From positions 22,771 through 86,770 of the IMG/VR virus record IMGVR_UViG_3300042519_001303: DNA of 64,000 nucleotides; one strand, written 5' to 3'. The translations under genes and the position numbers were made by a program. This DNA is from a virus. A model generated the notes under the pieces. The model was not told the DNA's origin and did no database searches. It worked only from the letters and a program-made list of their open reading frames with translations. This document shows positions 36,961 to 45,226 of this stretch, piece by piece. Positions within the stretch are counted from its first letter, which is position 1; each line of letters starts with the position of its first letter.

Positions 36961-36993
36961 AGTGCCCAGCCAATACAGTTCAGGCTGGGCATT
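36961..36993 (+). promoter_or_regulatory. Hairpin in the leader of the transglycosylase gene
   Basis: AGTGCCCAGCC-loop-GGCTGGGCATT. Confidence 0.4.
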
Positions 36994-37022
36994 GTCATTA
37001 TCCCCTATCAAGGAGCTAGCTT

Positions 37023-37583
37023 TTGAAAATTAAATACTTTAAACCAGTACTATTTGTAGCACTAGCCATAAGCATCGCAGGGCCCATAATATTGGTCAAC
37101 AGTACAGAATCCAAAAAAGTAACAATCCAAGAAACTACAACGGCATCTACTGTAATAATCACTACACCTGAAACAACTACCGTCGCCCCAGAGACGACAA
37201 CCACTGCCCCCGAAACCACCACCACAGTGGCTATTGATTGGGAAGCTATAGCGCAAACTGCGGCAGCCCAAATAGATGAAGCTCGTTTCACTTGGGGTCC
37301 TTGTGGAGAATGGCATGACCTAGCCATATCAGTAGGTTGGCCTGAAGAAGAATGGCCAACCCTCAGTAAAGTAATTTGGAGAGAGTCGAGATGCACAATA
37401 GATGCCTGGAATGGTCATGATGCAGGACTCACTCAAGTAAACCAAATTCATAAAAAGTGGTTAGCAGAAATGGGATGGAATCACCCAAATGACATGTTTG
37501 ATCCTGAGAAAAACCTAACTTTTGCATTTCGCTTATGGTCAGGTTCCGGTTGGAAACCATGGAAAGCAACTAGTGGTAAATAA
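37023..37583 (+). CDS. Membrane-anchored lytic transglycosylase (SLT/lysozyme-like fold) with Thr-rich linker
   Basis: N-terminal signal/TM, ETTT repeats, catalytic 'WRESRC', 'GLTQVN', 'DP..N...A', 'GW.PW'; TTG start after AAGGAG. Confidence 0.8.
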   Translation: MKIKYFKPVLFVALAISIAGPIILVNSTESKKVTIQETTTASTVIITTPETTTVAPETTTTAPETTTTVAIDWEAIAQTAAAQIDEARFTWGPCGEWHDLAISVGWPEEEWPTLSKVIWRESRCTIDAWNGHDAGLTQVNQIHKKWLAEMGWNHPNDMFDPEKNLTFAFRLWSGSGWKPWKATSGK

Positions 37584-37596
37584 TATATAACGGTAG

Positions 37597-37625
37597 TTGT
37601 AATTGTTAATAATGTGTTGTAGTAT
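37597..37625 (+). promoter_or_regulatory. Putative sigma70-type promoter
   Basis: TTGTAA-17 nt-TAGTAT upstream of the HTH gene. Confidence 0.45.
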
Positions 37626-37666
37626 ATAAACAAAGCCCGATATGGGCACCTCACAAGGAGCACAAT

Positions 37667-37906
37667 ATGAATGAAAATAGCATTACAGTTCAATTAGATT
37701 CTGATATGTTGCTTATTAAAATTGACGACATTGTTGGAACTTCGGAAGTGGCAGAGATCCTTAGTTGCCCAAAGCAACAGATCCATGCTCTTCGCAAACG
37801 AGCTGACTTTCCCAAGCCAATCACAACTTTGGCCGCTACACCACTATGGAACGCAATGGATATCAAGTTCTTTGCAATCACTTGGAAGCGCCGCAAATCA
37901 GTCTGA
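37667..37906 (+). CDS. AlpA/excisionase-like HTH protein
   Basis: 'VGTSEVAEIL...Q.I..L.KR.DFP.P...L...P.W'. Confidence 0.75.
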   Translation: MNENSITVQLDSDMLLIKIDDIVGTSEVAEILSCPKQQIHALRKRADFPKPITTLAATPLWNAMDIKFFAITWKRRKSV

Positions 37907-38112
37907 TGAGTAGTACAATGTTTCTCATGTCTGATACAGAGAAAGCACAGTACCCCAAAGGGTATTATGCATGTCCAAAATGCAATGAGGGAGTGGAGGT
38001 GTTTGTTCCTTTGAACGAGCACCCCACTCACCATTGTGGCGTAGGTAAGAAAGTACACAAAATGGAATACAGAGGGAGTTCACGTGCTTCGTCTAGGCAT
38101 AGCATCGGGTGA
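37906..38112 (+). CDS. Small Zn-ribbon protein
   Basis: 'YACPKC...HHC'; start uncertain. Confidence 0.45.
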   Translation: MSSTMFLMSDTEKAQYPKGYYACPKCNEGVEVFVPLNEHPTHHCGVGKKVHKMEYRGSSRASSRHSIG

Positions 38113-39148
38113 TTGGTTACATCCAAACAGAACAGGTTTAGATACAGCCAAATGGGGAGGAAGTGGATGGGCCCGCCTGGGTCAGTATGTTTCCACACTT
38201 CCTTTTGATGTAAGTGTTGGTGTACTCACTTGGATGTACGACAGATTTGTCATTATGTCAGTTGATGGTAAGGTCAGTGAGGTTGACGTTGTATACATGC
38301 AACGTTTAATGCATGAAGGGCTTACTCAGCACGTTCCAATGGCTAGAGCAAATGGCCAGAAGATAATCAACGATCTTGACGACTGGTATTGGGGTTTAGA
38401 CACTTCAAATATGGCTTTTGAGCATAACCATCCAAAGCACAATAAGATTGAAAATACAAACTTTTATAAAACAATTTTGTCAAAGTCTGATGTTGTGACA
38501 GTAAGCACCACATACATCAGGGACAGAATATCTAAGTTTGTAAGATGCCCAATTCATGTATTAGAAAACACAGTAGATATACATAGGTTTAACCAAGTAA
38601 CCTATAGTGCTACAGACACCCCAGTAGTTGGGTGGGTAGGGTCAACGGCCCACAGAAGTAGGGATATTGAAACCTTAAAAGGAATATTATCCCCATTAGT
38701 CAATGATGGTAAGGTCAGTCTCTATCATGGCGGTGACCACTTGTCTGCACCAACGTTTGCCAGCAAACTGGGAATTGATGAATCCTTAGTAACTGTTAAG
38801 CAAATGGTAGATGCAGAGGATTACCCAAGCTTATTAACTATGGATATTGGAATTGTTCCATTAAATAAAACTCCTTTTAATATGGCAAAATCTGATATTA
38901 AAGGATTAGAGTATGCTGCTTCAGGTATTCCTTTCATTGCCCAGGATTTAGACTCCTATGTAAATTTATATAAAACGTTAGGTGTAGGTGTAATAGCTAA
39001 AAGTCCTATTGATTGGATAAAATCCATAAAAAGACTATGCGATCCAAAAGTTCGAGAAGAGCTAGGAGCACCAATGAGAGAACAGATTGCTTCAAGAGAC
39101 ATAAACATTGGTTTGGAAAGACTTGTAAATCTAATCAGTAATTTGTAG
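38084..39148 (+). CDS. Glycosyltransferase (GT-B / GT4-like)
   Basis: 'DLDDW', 'V.VST', 'GW.GS..H..D', 'DIGI.PL...FN..KS..K..EY.A.G.P'. Confidence 0.85.
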   Translation: MLRLGIASGDWLHPNRTGLDTAKWGGSGWARLGQYVSTLPFDVSVGVLTWMYDRFVIMSVDGKVSEVDVVYMQRLMHEGLTQHVPMARANGQKIINDLDDWYWGLDTSNMAFEHNHPKHNKIENTNFYKTILSKSDVVTVSTTYIRDRISKFVRCPIHVLENTVDIHRFNQVTYSATDTPVVGWVGSTAHRSRDIETLKGILSPLVNDGKVSLYHGGDHLSAPTFASKLGIDESLVTVKQMVDAEDYPSLLTMDIGIVPLNKTPFNMAKSDIKGLEYAASGIPFIAQDLDSYVNLYKTLGVGVIAKSPIDWIKSIKRLCDPKVREELGAPMREQIASRDINIGLERLVNLISNL

Positions 39149-39158
39149 TCAGAATACA

Positions 39159-39210
39159 ACAAAAAAAAAGAACCCCTAGCGGCACCAAATTGGTACCACT
39201 AGGGGTTTTT
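39159..39210. terminator. Bidirectional terminator at the convergence of + and - gene blocks
   Basis: A-tract, AACCCCTAG...CTAGGGGTT stem, then T-tract. Confidence 0.85.
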
Positions 39211-39214
39211 GCGT

Positions 39215-39252
39215 TTTGGACAAAGCCACGATTGCGACAATGCCAGGTCTAC
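39215..39252. repeat. 38-bp dispersed element, copy A
   Basis: TTTGGAC-N5-CACG-N-TTGCGAC-N8-GTCTAC. Confidence 0.65.
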
Positions 39253-39516
39253 TCAATCTTTGCCTATTCGTCGATCATAATTCTTATTTGAGTAATACGC
39301 TTTCATTTCTTCTTCAAGTCTATGATTCCTATTTTCGTAGGAATCATCAATATATTTTTCTTCTTCTAGTCTTACAGCAGCATCTATCTTTCTAATTTTT
39401 TCAGCAAAGTTACTGTTACTATAATTTACCCACAAAATAATAATGGGTGGAATTATAAATGCTGCAGGAATACATACAAACATAAGAAACTCAATGTAGT
39501 TCATAGCAATCATCAT
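39253..39516 (-). CDS. Small membrane protein
   Basis: N-terminal hydrophobic helix. Confidence 0.55.
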   Translation of the reverse strand: MMIAMNYIEFLMFVCIPAAFIIPPIIILWVNYSNSNFAEKIRKIDAAVRLEEEKYIDDSYENRNHRLEEEMKAYYSNKNYDRRIGKD

Positions 39517-39959
39517 TTAATTGGCCATTTGTAAGGAAGGTCAGGTGACACTTCAGGCCAATATTGTGAATAATGATTAGGTAACTTACGAAGTAAATTT
39601 GACTTATGTGATTCCATCACTTCAGGGTCATCCAACCATTCAGGCATATCTATTTCAGGATATTCAAAGCTGGCAATGCGCACTCCTGAAAAGGCACACT
39701 TTTGTAGTATTTTTATACCACAAGTATCTTTGTAACCTAGCGAAGTCCATACTTTACACATTTCTAAAGTGTATTGAACAAGAGCTGGTTCATATCCTTT
39801 CCACATTTTTACTGCTGGGTGATTTGCCCAACCACTGCTATAACCAAGCAGAGTATTAAGTATTTGCATACCTTCAACTCTTTGCTTACCCAATCTCTGT
39901 CGGTCAAGCACCAAGGCATTACTAGTAAAGTCACTTCCGTGTGGTACAAATGTTTGCAT
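39513..39959 (-). CDS. Pyrimidine-dimer DNA glycosylase / DenV-like (MSMEG_6728-type)
   Basis: 'MQTF.P...LD..RLGKQRVE..QI...W.NHPA..MW.G...SH.SNL.RK'. Confidence 0.8.
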   Translation of the reverse strand: MQTFVPHGSDFTSNALVLDRQRLGKQRVEGMQILNTLLGYSSGWANHPAVKMWKGYEPALVQYTLEMCKVWTSLGYKDTCGIKILQKCAFSGVRIASFEYPEIDMPEWLDDPEVMESHKSNLLRKLPNHYSQYWPEVSPDLPYKWPIK

Positions 39960-40033
39960 TATTCATCCTTTTTTATTTGATCTGCTATGTAGTAAAAAAT
40001 TACGCATAAAATAATTACCATGATTATCCACAT
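39959..40033 (-). CDS. 24-aa single-TM peptide
   Basis: MWIIMVIILCVIFYYIADQIKKDE; AAGGAG upstream; coupled to the next gene. Confidence 0.4.
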   Translation of the reverse strand: MWIIMVIILCVIFYYIADQIKKDE

Positions 40034-40034
40034 A

Positions 40035-40505
40035 TCACAACTCCTTTTGCAAAGTATCGGGATCGTAACCAATATCAGTAAGGAACTCACGCAGTCTTTT
40101 AATTTCTGCGTTAAGTGCATGATACAGGTGCTGTCTTTCAATGTTCTCAATGAGAGCAACTTTTTCTAGGTGCTCAGGATTACAACACAATGTATTTCTG
40201 CACAAGTGGTCAAGTGTTTCGGCCTTAGTCAAAGATACGTGTCTGTGTTGTTCATATGACCATCTGTGAGACTGAAATGCTTTGTTCCCGACGTACATAC
40301 GGCCATAACCTTTATCAACAGTTCCTGTCCATGTCCAGCAACCATTTTCTTCTTTTTTTATGTTCTTCCAGAACTTATCTTCAGGAAGTTGTGATTTTTC
40401 AATGATATGCAACTTACCATCACGTTTCAATTGTTTGTAATGGGCGGCGCATAACCCTTTAGCCACAGTTTTTTCACTACATAACGGGCCACGGCATAGG
40501 CTCAT
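40035..40505 (-). CDS. HNH endonuclease
   Basis: 'CW.WTG...GYG...HR.SY...DHLC....C.NP.HL' plus N-terminal 'C...C....AKGLC..HY'. Confidence 0.9.
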   Translation of the reverse strand: MSLCRGPLCSEKTVAKGLCAAHYKQLKRDGKLHIIEKSQLPEDKFWKNIKKEENGCWTWTGTVDKGYGRMYVGNKAFQSHRWSYEQHRHVSLTKAETLDHLCRNTLCCNPEHLEKVALIENIERQHLYHALNAEIKRLREFLTDIGYDPDTLQKEL

Positions 40506-40515
40506 GGTTTTCTCC

Positions 40516-40553
40516 TTTGGACGGTATCACGCTTGCGACGAGTACAAGTCTAC
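40516..40553. repeat. 38-bp dispersed element, copy B
   Basis: TTTGGAC-N5-CACG-N-TTGCGAC-N8-GTCTAC; same spacing as copy A. Confidence 0.65.
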
Positions 40554-40582
40554 CTTAGCGCGAGTGCCTGAGATGAGGCTAG

Positions 40583-40648
40583 AAATAAAAACAAAAAAAA
40601 AAGCAACCCCGAGCGGGGCCACTGGTTAAGTGACTCCGCTCGGGGTTA
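40583..40648 (-). terminator. Rho-independent terminator
   Basis: AACCCCGAGCGG...CCGCTCGGGGTT stem with a long U tract on the - strand. Confidence 0.85.
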
Positions 40649-40650
40649 TG

Positions 40651-40914
40651 CTAATGTTTATGATTTACAGGAGCAAATACAAGACCTAGTTCTTTACGTA
40701 TTTTGTTACGTTCTCTAGATGTCTTGCCACCATATATTCCGTAGGTGTCATATATGGGGTTAATGTGTACGGCCTCATCTAAGCATTCAGCTTTGACTGA
40801 ACATGTATCACATATCTTTCTTGCTTCTTTACTTGACTCACCTTTACTAAGGAAGAATCTTTCTGTTGGTATGCCAAGACAAGCAGCCATGGATCGCCAT
40901 TCTTTAGTTTCCAT
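40651..40914 (-). CDS. whiB: WhiB-family transcription factor
   Basis: 'W...AAC......FF...A..IC..C.V..ECL...GIYGG.T..ER'. Confidence 0.9.
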   Translation of the reverse strand: METKEWRSMAACLGIPTERFFLSKGESSKEARKICDTCSVKAECLDEAVHINPIYDTYGIYGGKTSRERNKIRKELGLVFAPVNHKH

Positions 40915-40920
40915 ACTTCC

Positions 40921-41130
40921 TCACAGTTGTATTTTGTAGAGCTTTTTAAAGTCTCTTTTTATTGGATGAAATGCAGACTCAGTTGCGTGAGTTGTATACG
41001 CCGGCCCATCAATATGAGCCGGCGGTACAAGCAGATACGTTCCTGATTTCTTTTGGGTTACATCGAACCCTAAGTCTTTAATTTCTTTGAGCAATTTCCT
41101 CATTGAAGTTGACTGGTGCTGTCGGGGCAT
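40921..41130 (-). CDS. Small basic protein, HicA-like fold possible
   Basis: 'RKLLKEI...GF.V..KKSG.Y'; GAAAGG RBS; canonical HicA His absent. Confidence 0.4.
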   Translation of the reverse strand: MPRQHQSTSMRKLLKEIKDLGFDVTQKKSGTYLLVPPAHIDGPAYTTHATESAFHPIKRDFKKLYKIQL

Positions 41131-41476
41131 CGCGTCTAACCTTTCTAGTAGTTGTGCACTCGGGGCATAGGGTTTTAATCCAGCACGCCTCACGATCTAA
41201 ACTACCAGGGTTACCGCATAGCTCACAAGTCACTGCACTTAATTCTTCTGCTTCTTCAACGCATTTTGCCATACTGGCCTGGTCACTATGGTTACTGTGA
41301 AAGTAGTACCTAAGCGTTCCAAACTTTTCTTTAACCTGATAGATAACATAATCAGGATCAATGGACTTTAATTTGTTATGGCAGTCAATGATAATCTTAT
41401 CCCAACCTTGGTCAGGGAAAGATGCACCAAAGCTGGGGTGCATAGTTCTTGCTAGGTCTTTAAGCTCTGGTCGCAT
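41078..41476 (-). CDS. Conserved phage hypothetical protein
   Basis: 'GW...QVKEKFG.LRYY...AE..S...CE.CG.PG...W..TLC'. Confidence 0.7.
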   Translation of the reverse strand: MRPELKDLARTMHPSFGASFPDQGWDKIIIDCHNKLKSIDPDYVIYQVKEKFGTLRYYFHSNHSDQASMAKCVEEAEELSAVTCELCGNPGSLDREACWIKTLCPECTTTRKVRRDAPTAPVNFNEEIAQRN

Positions 41477-42015
41477 TATTCACCTCCATGTCTGGAAACT
41501 AAAATACCCATTGTCTCTTGTACCAGCTTTACTGATTTGCTATAAAGCTCAGGGAAACCCTCAGCACCCACACTGCATGCTAACTGGTAAGAAAACAGCT
41601 TAAGAGCCACTAGTAGGTCACCATCATGGGAACCGTCATTTACTTCTTCTGGTTCGTGGATATACTCACCTGTTTCATAATCCCAAGCGCCATGCCATAT
41701 TCGATTAGCACGCTCAACAACAAACAGCATAAACATTTTCTTCTTCTCGCCTGTTTCAGGGTTAGTAGCGGTAGCTGGAGCAATCAATGCAAACTGAATA
41801 CATCCATTCATTATCTCCACATTGCGTGAAAGGAACCTAATTAGCTTGTAAACATCCCCATCACCAAACGGAACGCTTGAAAGTGGTACATCAAATAACT
41901 CCTTATCCATATCTTTGATAGGGAGGATGAACGGCATAAGTTCATCGTGGATATCTTTGCTTGTTTTACTTTGTAAGTCAACAAGCATATCCTTAAGTGT
42001 CATGATAGTAATCAC
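41476..42015 (-). CDS. Hypothetical protein
   Basis: Coupled ORF, GGAGG RBS. Confidence 0.55.
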   Translation of the reverse strand: MITIMTLKDMLVDLQSKTSKDIHDELMPFILPIKDMDKELFDVPLSSVPFGDGDVYKLIRFLSRNVEIMNGCIQFALIAPATATNPETGEKKKMFMLFVVERANRIWHGAWDYETGEYIHEPEEVNDGSHDGDLLVALKLFSYQLACSVGAEGFPELYSKSVKLVQETMGILVSRHGGE

Positions 42016-42608
42016 TTACCCTCCTCCTCTTTATTGATGTTCTTAAGAAGGTTCTCAAGTTCAGTGAACACTCCAGCCAACTCTTCGGCCATCATGTCTG
42101 CCTCAAGAGAAGCAAGATCTGCTTCAATTTGATTGTTTTTGGCGTGACGCTCTTCAATCATGTTGTTGAACTCCTCAGCCATACGCACAAGTTCTTCAGG
42201 CATATCCAATTCCTCAATCAATTCCTCAGCGTTGTCGGCACTTCTAATCCGATCATTTAGTTCCACGTGGTGTTGGAAACTTTCGTAAGCAGCTTGGCGA
42301 GCAGCTTCAGGATCATCTCTGTACTCACGATCATGGAAAATGTATTGTCCCAATTTTGCATACATAGCTGTGTCGTCAATAGACAACCCTGTCTGCCGTT
42401 GAAGTTCTTCCATGAACTGATCCATTTCTTTCTCGACAATCTTTGGGTCCTTGTGACCGTGAAGATAGCTGATCATCATTCTTTCAGTAAATTCGGAAGT
42501 TACATGGAACATCCAAACATAATCATGGGTTGTGTTACAAGTCTGCCACTCTTGTGGTGTAGCAGGGGACTTTCCGTATTCTTCAAACACTTCGTGATAG
42601 TTAAACAT
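42012..42608 (-). CDS. Acidic coiled-coil hypothetical protein
   Basis: AAGGAG RBS. Confidence 0.6.
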   Translation of the reverse strand: MFNYHEVFEEYGKSPATPQEWQTCNTTHDYVWMFHVTSEFTERMMISYLHGHKDPKIVEKEMDQFMEELQRQTGLSIDDTAMYAKLGQYIFHDREYRDDPEAARQAAYESFQHHVELNDRIRSADNAEELIEELDMPEELVRMAEEFNNMIEERHAKNNQIEADLASLEADMMAEELAGVFTELENLLKNINKEEEGK

Positions 42609-42628
42609 TATTGCTCCTTGTTGTTGGT

Positions 42629-42838
42629 TTAGTTGTTGTCGGTTTCATGTTCGTAATACCATTCTTTATTACATTCGGGGCAGGTTACATCCCCGCTTTC
42701 TGTACCACGGTTATATGTAACTTCTGCTTCAAAGTCGATTTGGCAGTCATCACAGTAAATCATTGCAGTTATATCTTCGTCATCCCAACCAGGTATGTCA
42801 CTCTCGTAACAACCATCAGGCATATTGTATCCAGACAT
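42629..42838 (-). CDS. Small Zn-ribbon protein
   Basis: CDDC...CPEC. Confidence 0.55.
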   Translation of the reverse strand: MSGYNMPDGCYESDIPGWDDEDITAMIYCDDCQIDFEAEVTYNRGTESGDVTCPECNKEWYYEHETDNN

Positions 42839-42840
42839 GC

Positions 42841-43113
42841 TTATACCTCACTTTCTGATAATTCTTTGACTGCATTTACCCATGCCGAGACAGATAACTC
42901 ATTCAACTTATTAGTTGCTGACTCAATGATTTGATTAAGAACCTCAATTAAGTTTGGTTCATTGTGCTCCATGAAGAACACATTTACCTCATGTTCTCCT
43001 GCGCATAGCTTTAGTGTCCTAAATGGAGCTCCGCAATCAAGATAGTCATTAAATTCAATGCTTACCTTTGGGTTGTAACAACCATTTAAATGCACGTTTG
43101 TTGATGTGCTCAT
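42841..43113 (-). CDS. Hypothetical protein
   Basis: ORF in the - operon with RBS. Confidence 0.5.
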   Translation of the reverse strand: MSTSTNVHLNGCYNPKVSIEFNDYLDCGAPFRTLKLCAGEHEVNVFFMEHNEPNLIEVLNQIIESATNKLNELSVSAWVNAVKELSESEV

Positions 43114-43120
43114 TGTTTCC

Positions 43121-43477
43121 TCACTTCACTCGTAGTTGTTTGTATTCGGTTTTCTTGGTTACTTGCTCAACCACATCAGGCTTGATTGTGCCCAACTTAA
43201 CTGCGGCGTCAATCAATGCTGTATCAACAGTTGGCTTTGTTATCTTGTTAAAGACTGAAGCACTTATCATGTCTTTCAATGCAGTTGCATCGAATGATCT
43301 GCGAGCGTTAACTTGCAACTCAATGACATTCTTATCTACTTCAATGGTCTTAAGGCCGGTTGAAAACATGAACTCTTTGAGCTTTGCATCCAACTCGTCA
43401 AACTCTGCCTGTAACTCAGCAAGAGCTTTCTTCTTTTCTAACCATTCTTTACCTAGATTGAATGAGTTAACCTTCAT
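43121..43477 (-). CDS. Coiled-coil hypothetical protein (resembles 16688 protein)
   Basis: Coiled coil then 'RRSFD'; coupled to SNF2. Confidence 0.6.
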   Translation of the reverse strand: MKVNSFNLGKEWLEKKKALAELQAEFDELDAKLKEFMFSTGLKTIEVDKNVIELQVNARRSFDATALKDMISASVFNKITKPTVDTALIDAAVKLGTIKPDVVEQVTKKTEYKQLRVK

Positions 43478-44946
43478 GGATTTACCTTCTTTCGTTTGTA
43501 GGAGTCAAGCACTCCGTTTTGGATTGTTTCAAGTAACACTTCAGCTTCCCCATCAATAAGTATTCCTGTTGAGAACGCCTTATCTTCAAGGACACCCCAC
43601 AATCTTTCATCAATTGTTTGGCGACCCTCTATATGACACAGTGGAATGGTAACGCATACATCCATTGACTGTGAAATTCTGTGTACTCTATCCTCTGCTT
43701 GTTTGAGCGAGGCAGGGTTCCACGGTAACTGCGCAATAATTGTTCGGTGGTTTACGTTAATACCATTACCAGTAAGAGTCAAGCCCGTACCAGCAGAGAT
43801 TATCTGACCTACCATAACTCTTGAAGCGCCACTGTTAAAGTCATTGACTGCTTTATGCTTAGCAGATTCTGACATACCACCACGAACCTCGCAAACTTTA
43901 TATTTGCTTAGGCCCGCAGATAAAGCGTTCATAGTGTCCACATGCTCGGCAACTATAAACACACCACCAGGTTCGTTATCTAATACTTCAGATACAAACT
44001 TGATTATTGATTCAACCTTAGCTTTACCCACATGCTTACGCAAAAAACCAAGCTGTACTAATGCATATGCTCTTTCGGCCCCAGTCGTATCTTTGTCTAA
44101 TGATTCAAGCCATGCAATCAAATCATTCTCGCAGGCTATGTAGTCATCAACAGCGGTACCTGTTCCCTCAAGAACAACAGTTGATCTTGTTTTTGTAGGT
44201 AAATCTATTACTTCATCTCTTTTACGCCTAAACATAAAAGAAGCATGCATCTTGTTTTTAAGGTCCAGATCATTAGTGGATATTCTTCCTACTTTTTTAC
44301 CATTAATGATTACCCCAGACCATGGGGCATAGTGTTGCCAAAAGTAACCAATGCCACCAACCCCTTGCCATGCATTAGGGCCAAGAGTATCTATCTGTGT
44401 TACCAACTCCATGTTTCGCCCATTAGGCGCAGGTGTTCCTGACATAAGAACACGTATTGCGTTAGTGGGCATGTATTGACTAAGACTTATCAAAGCTTTA
44501 GTACGTTTAGAGTTGTTCTTAAAGAAATGAGCTTCATCAACTATAAGAGCGTCTATCTCTCCCATAAGTACTAAAACCCATTGTGCTAAAACTGCGTTAC
44601 CAATTATGTATACATCGGCATCTGGCAAACCAGATGGAGACTTACCTCGTAAAACGGCAACGTTTATATTCTTATTGAACTTACCAAATTCTGTTACCCA
44701 ATTTAATATAAGACTTGGCGGAACTATGATAAGTACTTTTTGTTGCAGCTGCTCAACCAAAGCTGAGGCAACTGCTATTGCTACCGCTGTTTTACCTAAC
44801 CCCATATCTAACGCTAAATAAGATTGCTGTTTATCAACAGCCCATTCAAACGCTTCTACTTGATAATCAAATAGATCTAGATTGAGGCTAGGTAAATACA
44901 ACAGATTGGACGCCGGCACGTTTGCCGAACTGAGTTGTCCACTCAT
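43474..44946 (-). CDS. Second SNF2-family helicase
   Basis: 'DMGLGKT', DEAH, 'SGTP', 'GTGLTL', 'QAEDRVHR' (annealing-helicase-like). Confidence 0.9.
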   Translation of the reverse strand: MSGQLSSANVPASNLLYLPSLNLDLFDYQVEAFEWAVDKQQSYLALDMGLGKTAVAIAVASALVEQLQQKVLIIVPPSLILNWVTEFGKFNKNINVAVLRGKSPSGLPDADVYIIGNAVLAQWVLVLMGEIDALIVDEAHFFKNNSKRTKALISLSQYMPTNAIRVLMSGTPAPNGRNMELVTQIDTLGPNAWQGVGGIGYFWQHYAPWSGVIINGKKVGRISTNDLDLKNKMHASFMFRRKRDEVIDLPTKTRSTVVLEGTGTAVDDYIACENDLIAWLESLDKDTTGAERAYALVQLGFLRKHVGKAKVESIIKFVSEVLDNEPGGVFIVAEHVDTMNALSAGLSKYKVCEVRGGMSESAKHKAVNDFNSGASRVMVGQIISAGTGLTLTGNGINVNHRTIIAQLPWNPASLKQAEDRVHRISQSMDVCVTIPLCHIEGRQTIDERLWGVLEDKAFSTGILIDGEAEVLLETIQNGVLDSYKRKKVNP

Positions 44947-45218
44947 TCGTCCTCCGGAATATACAATGGATTACCTAAGTCATCCAAGTACACCAACTTT
45001 GTGGCGTCAGTGGGATGGCCCCACTGACACCCAAAGTCTTCCGATGCCCAACCAGCGACAACGCTTAACACGTCATCAATGGTTGGGTTTGGGAATTCTC
45101 CATGAACTTGCATAGCAGATAAGACACGTTCAATGTCATAACTAATTAGTTTAACTACCTGTATAACACCAGGTAGCTCTTCCTCTATTTCCGTGTCAGA
45201 AACATCTGACCATTCCAT
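44943..45218 (-). CDS. Hypothetical protein
   Basis: GGAGG RBS. Confidence 0.55.
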   Translation of the reverse strand: MEWSDVSDTEIEEELPGVIQVVKLISYDIERVLSAMQVHGEFPNPTIDDVLSVVAGWASEDFGCQWGHPTDATKLVYLDDLGNPLYIPEDE

Positions 45219-45226
45219 ATAACCTC

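Noticed and set aside
37667-37906. Excisionase implying a prophage
   Set aside because: No integrase, repressor cassette or host genes in the window
42615-42627. Recurrent AACAACAAGGAG upstream of genes (also 10429, 36228, 51200)
   Set aside because: Explained as a Shine-Dalgarno sequence with an A/C-rich enhancer
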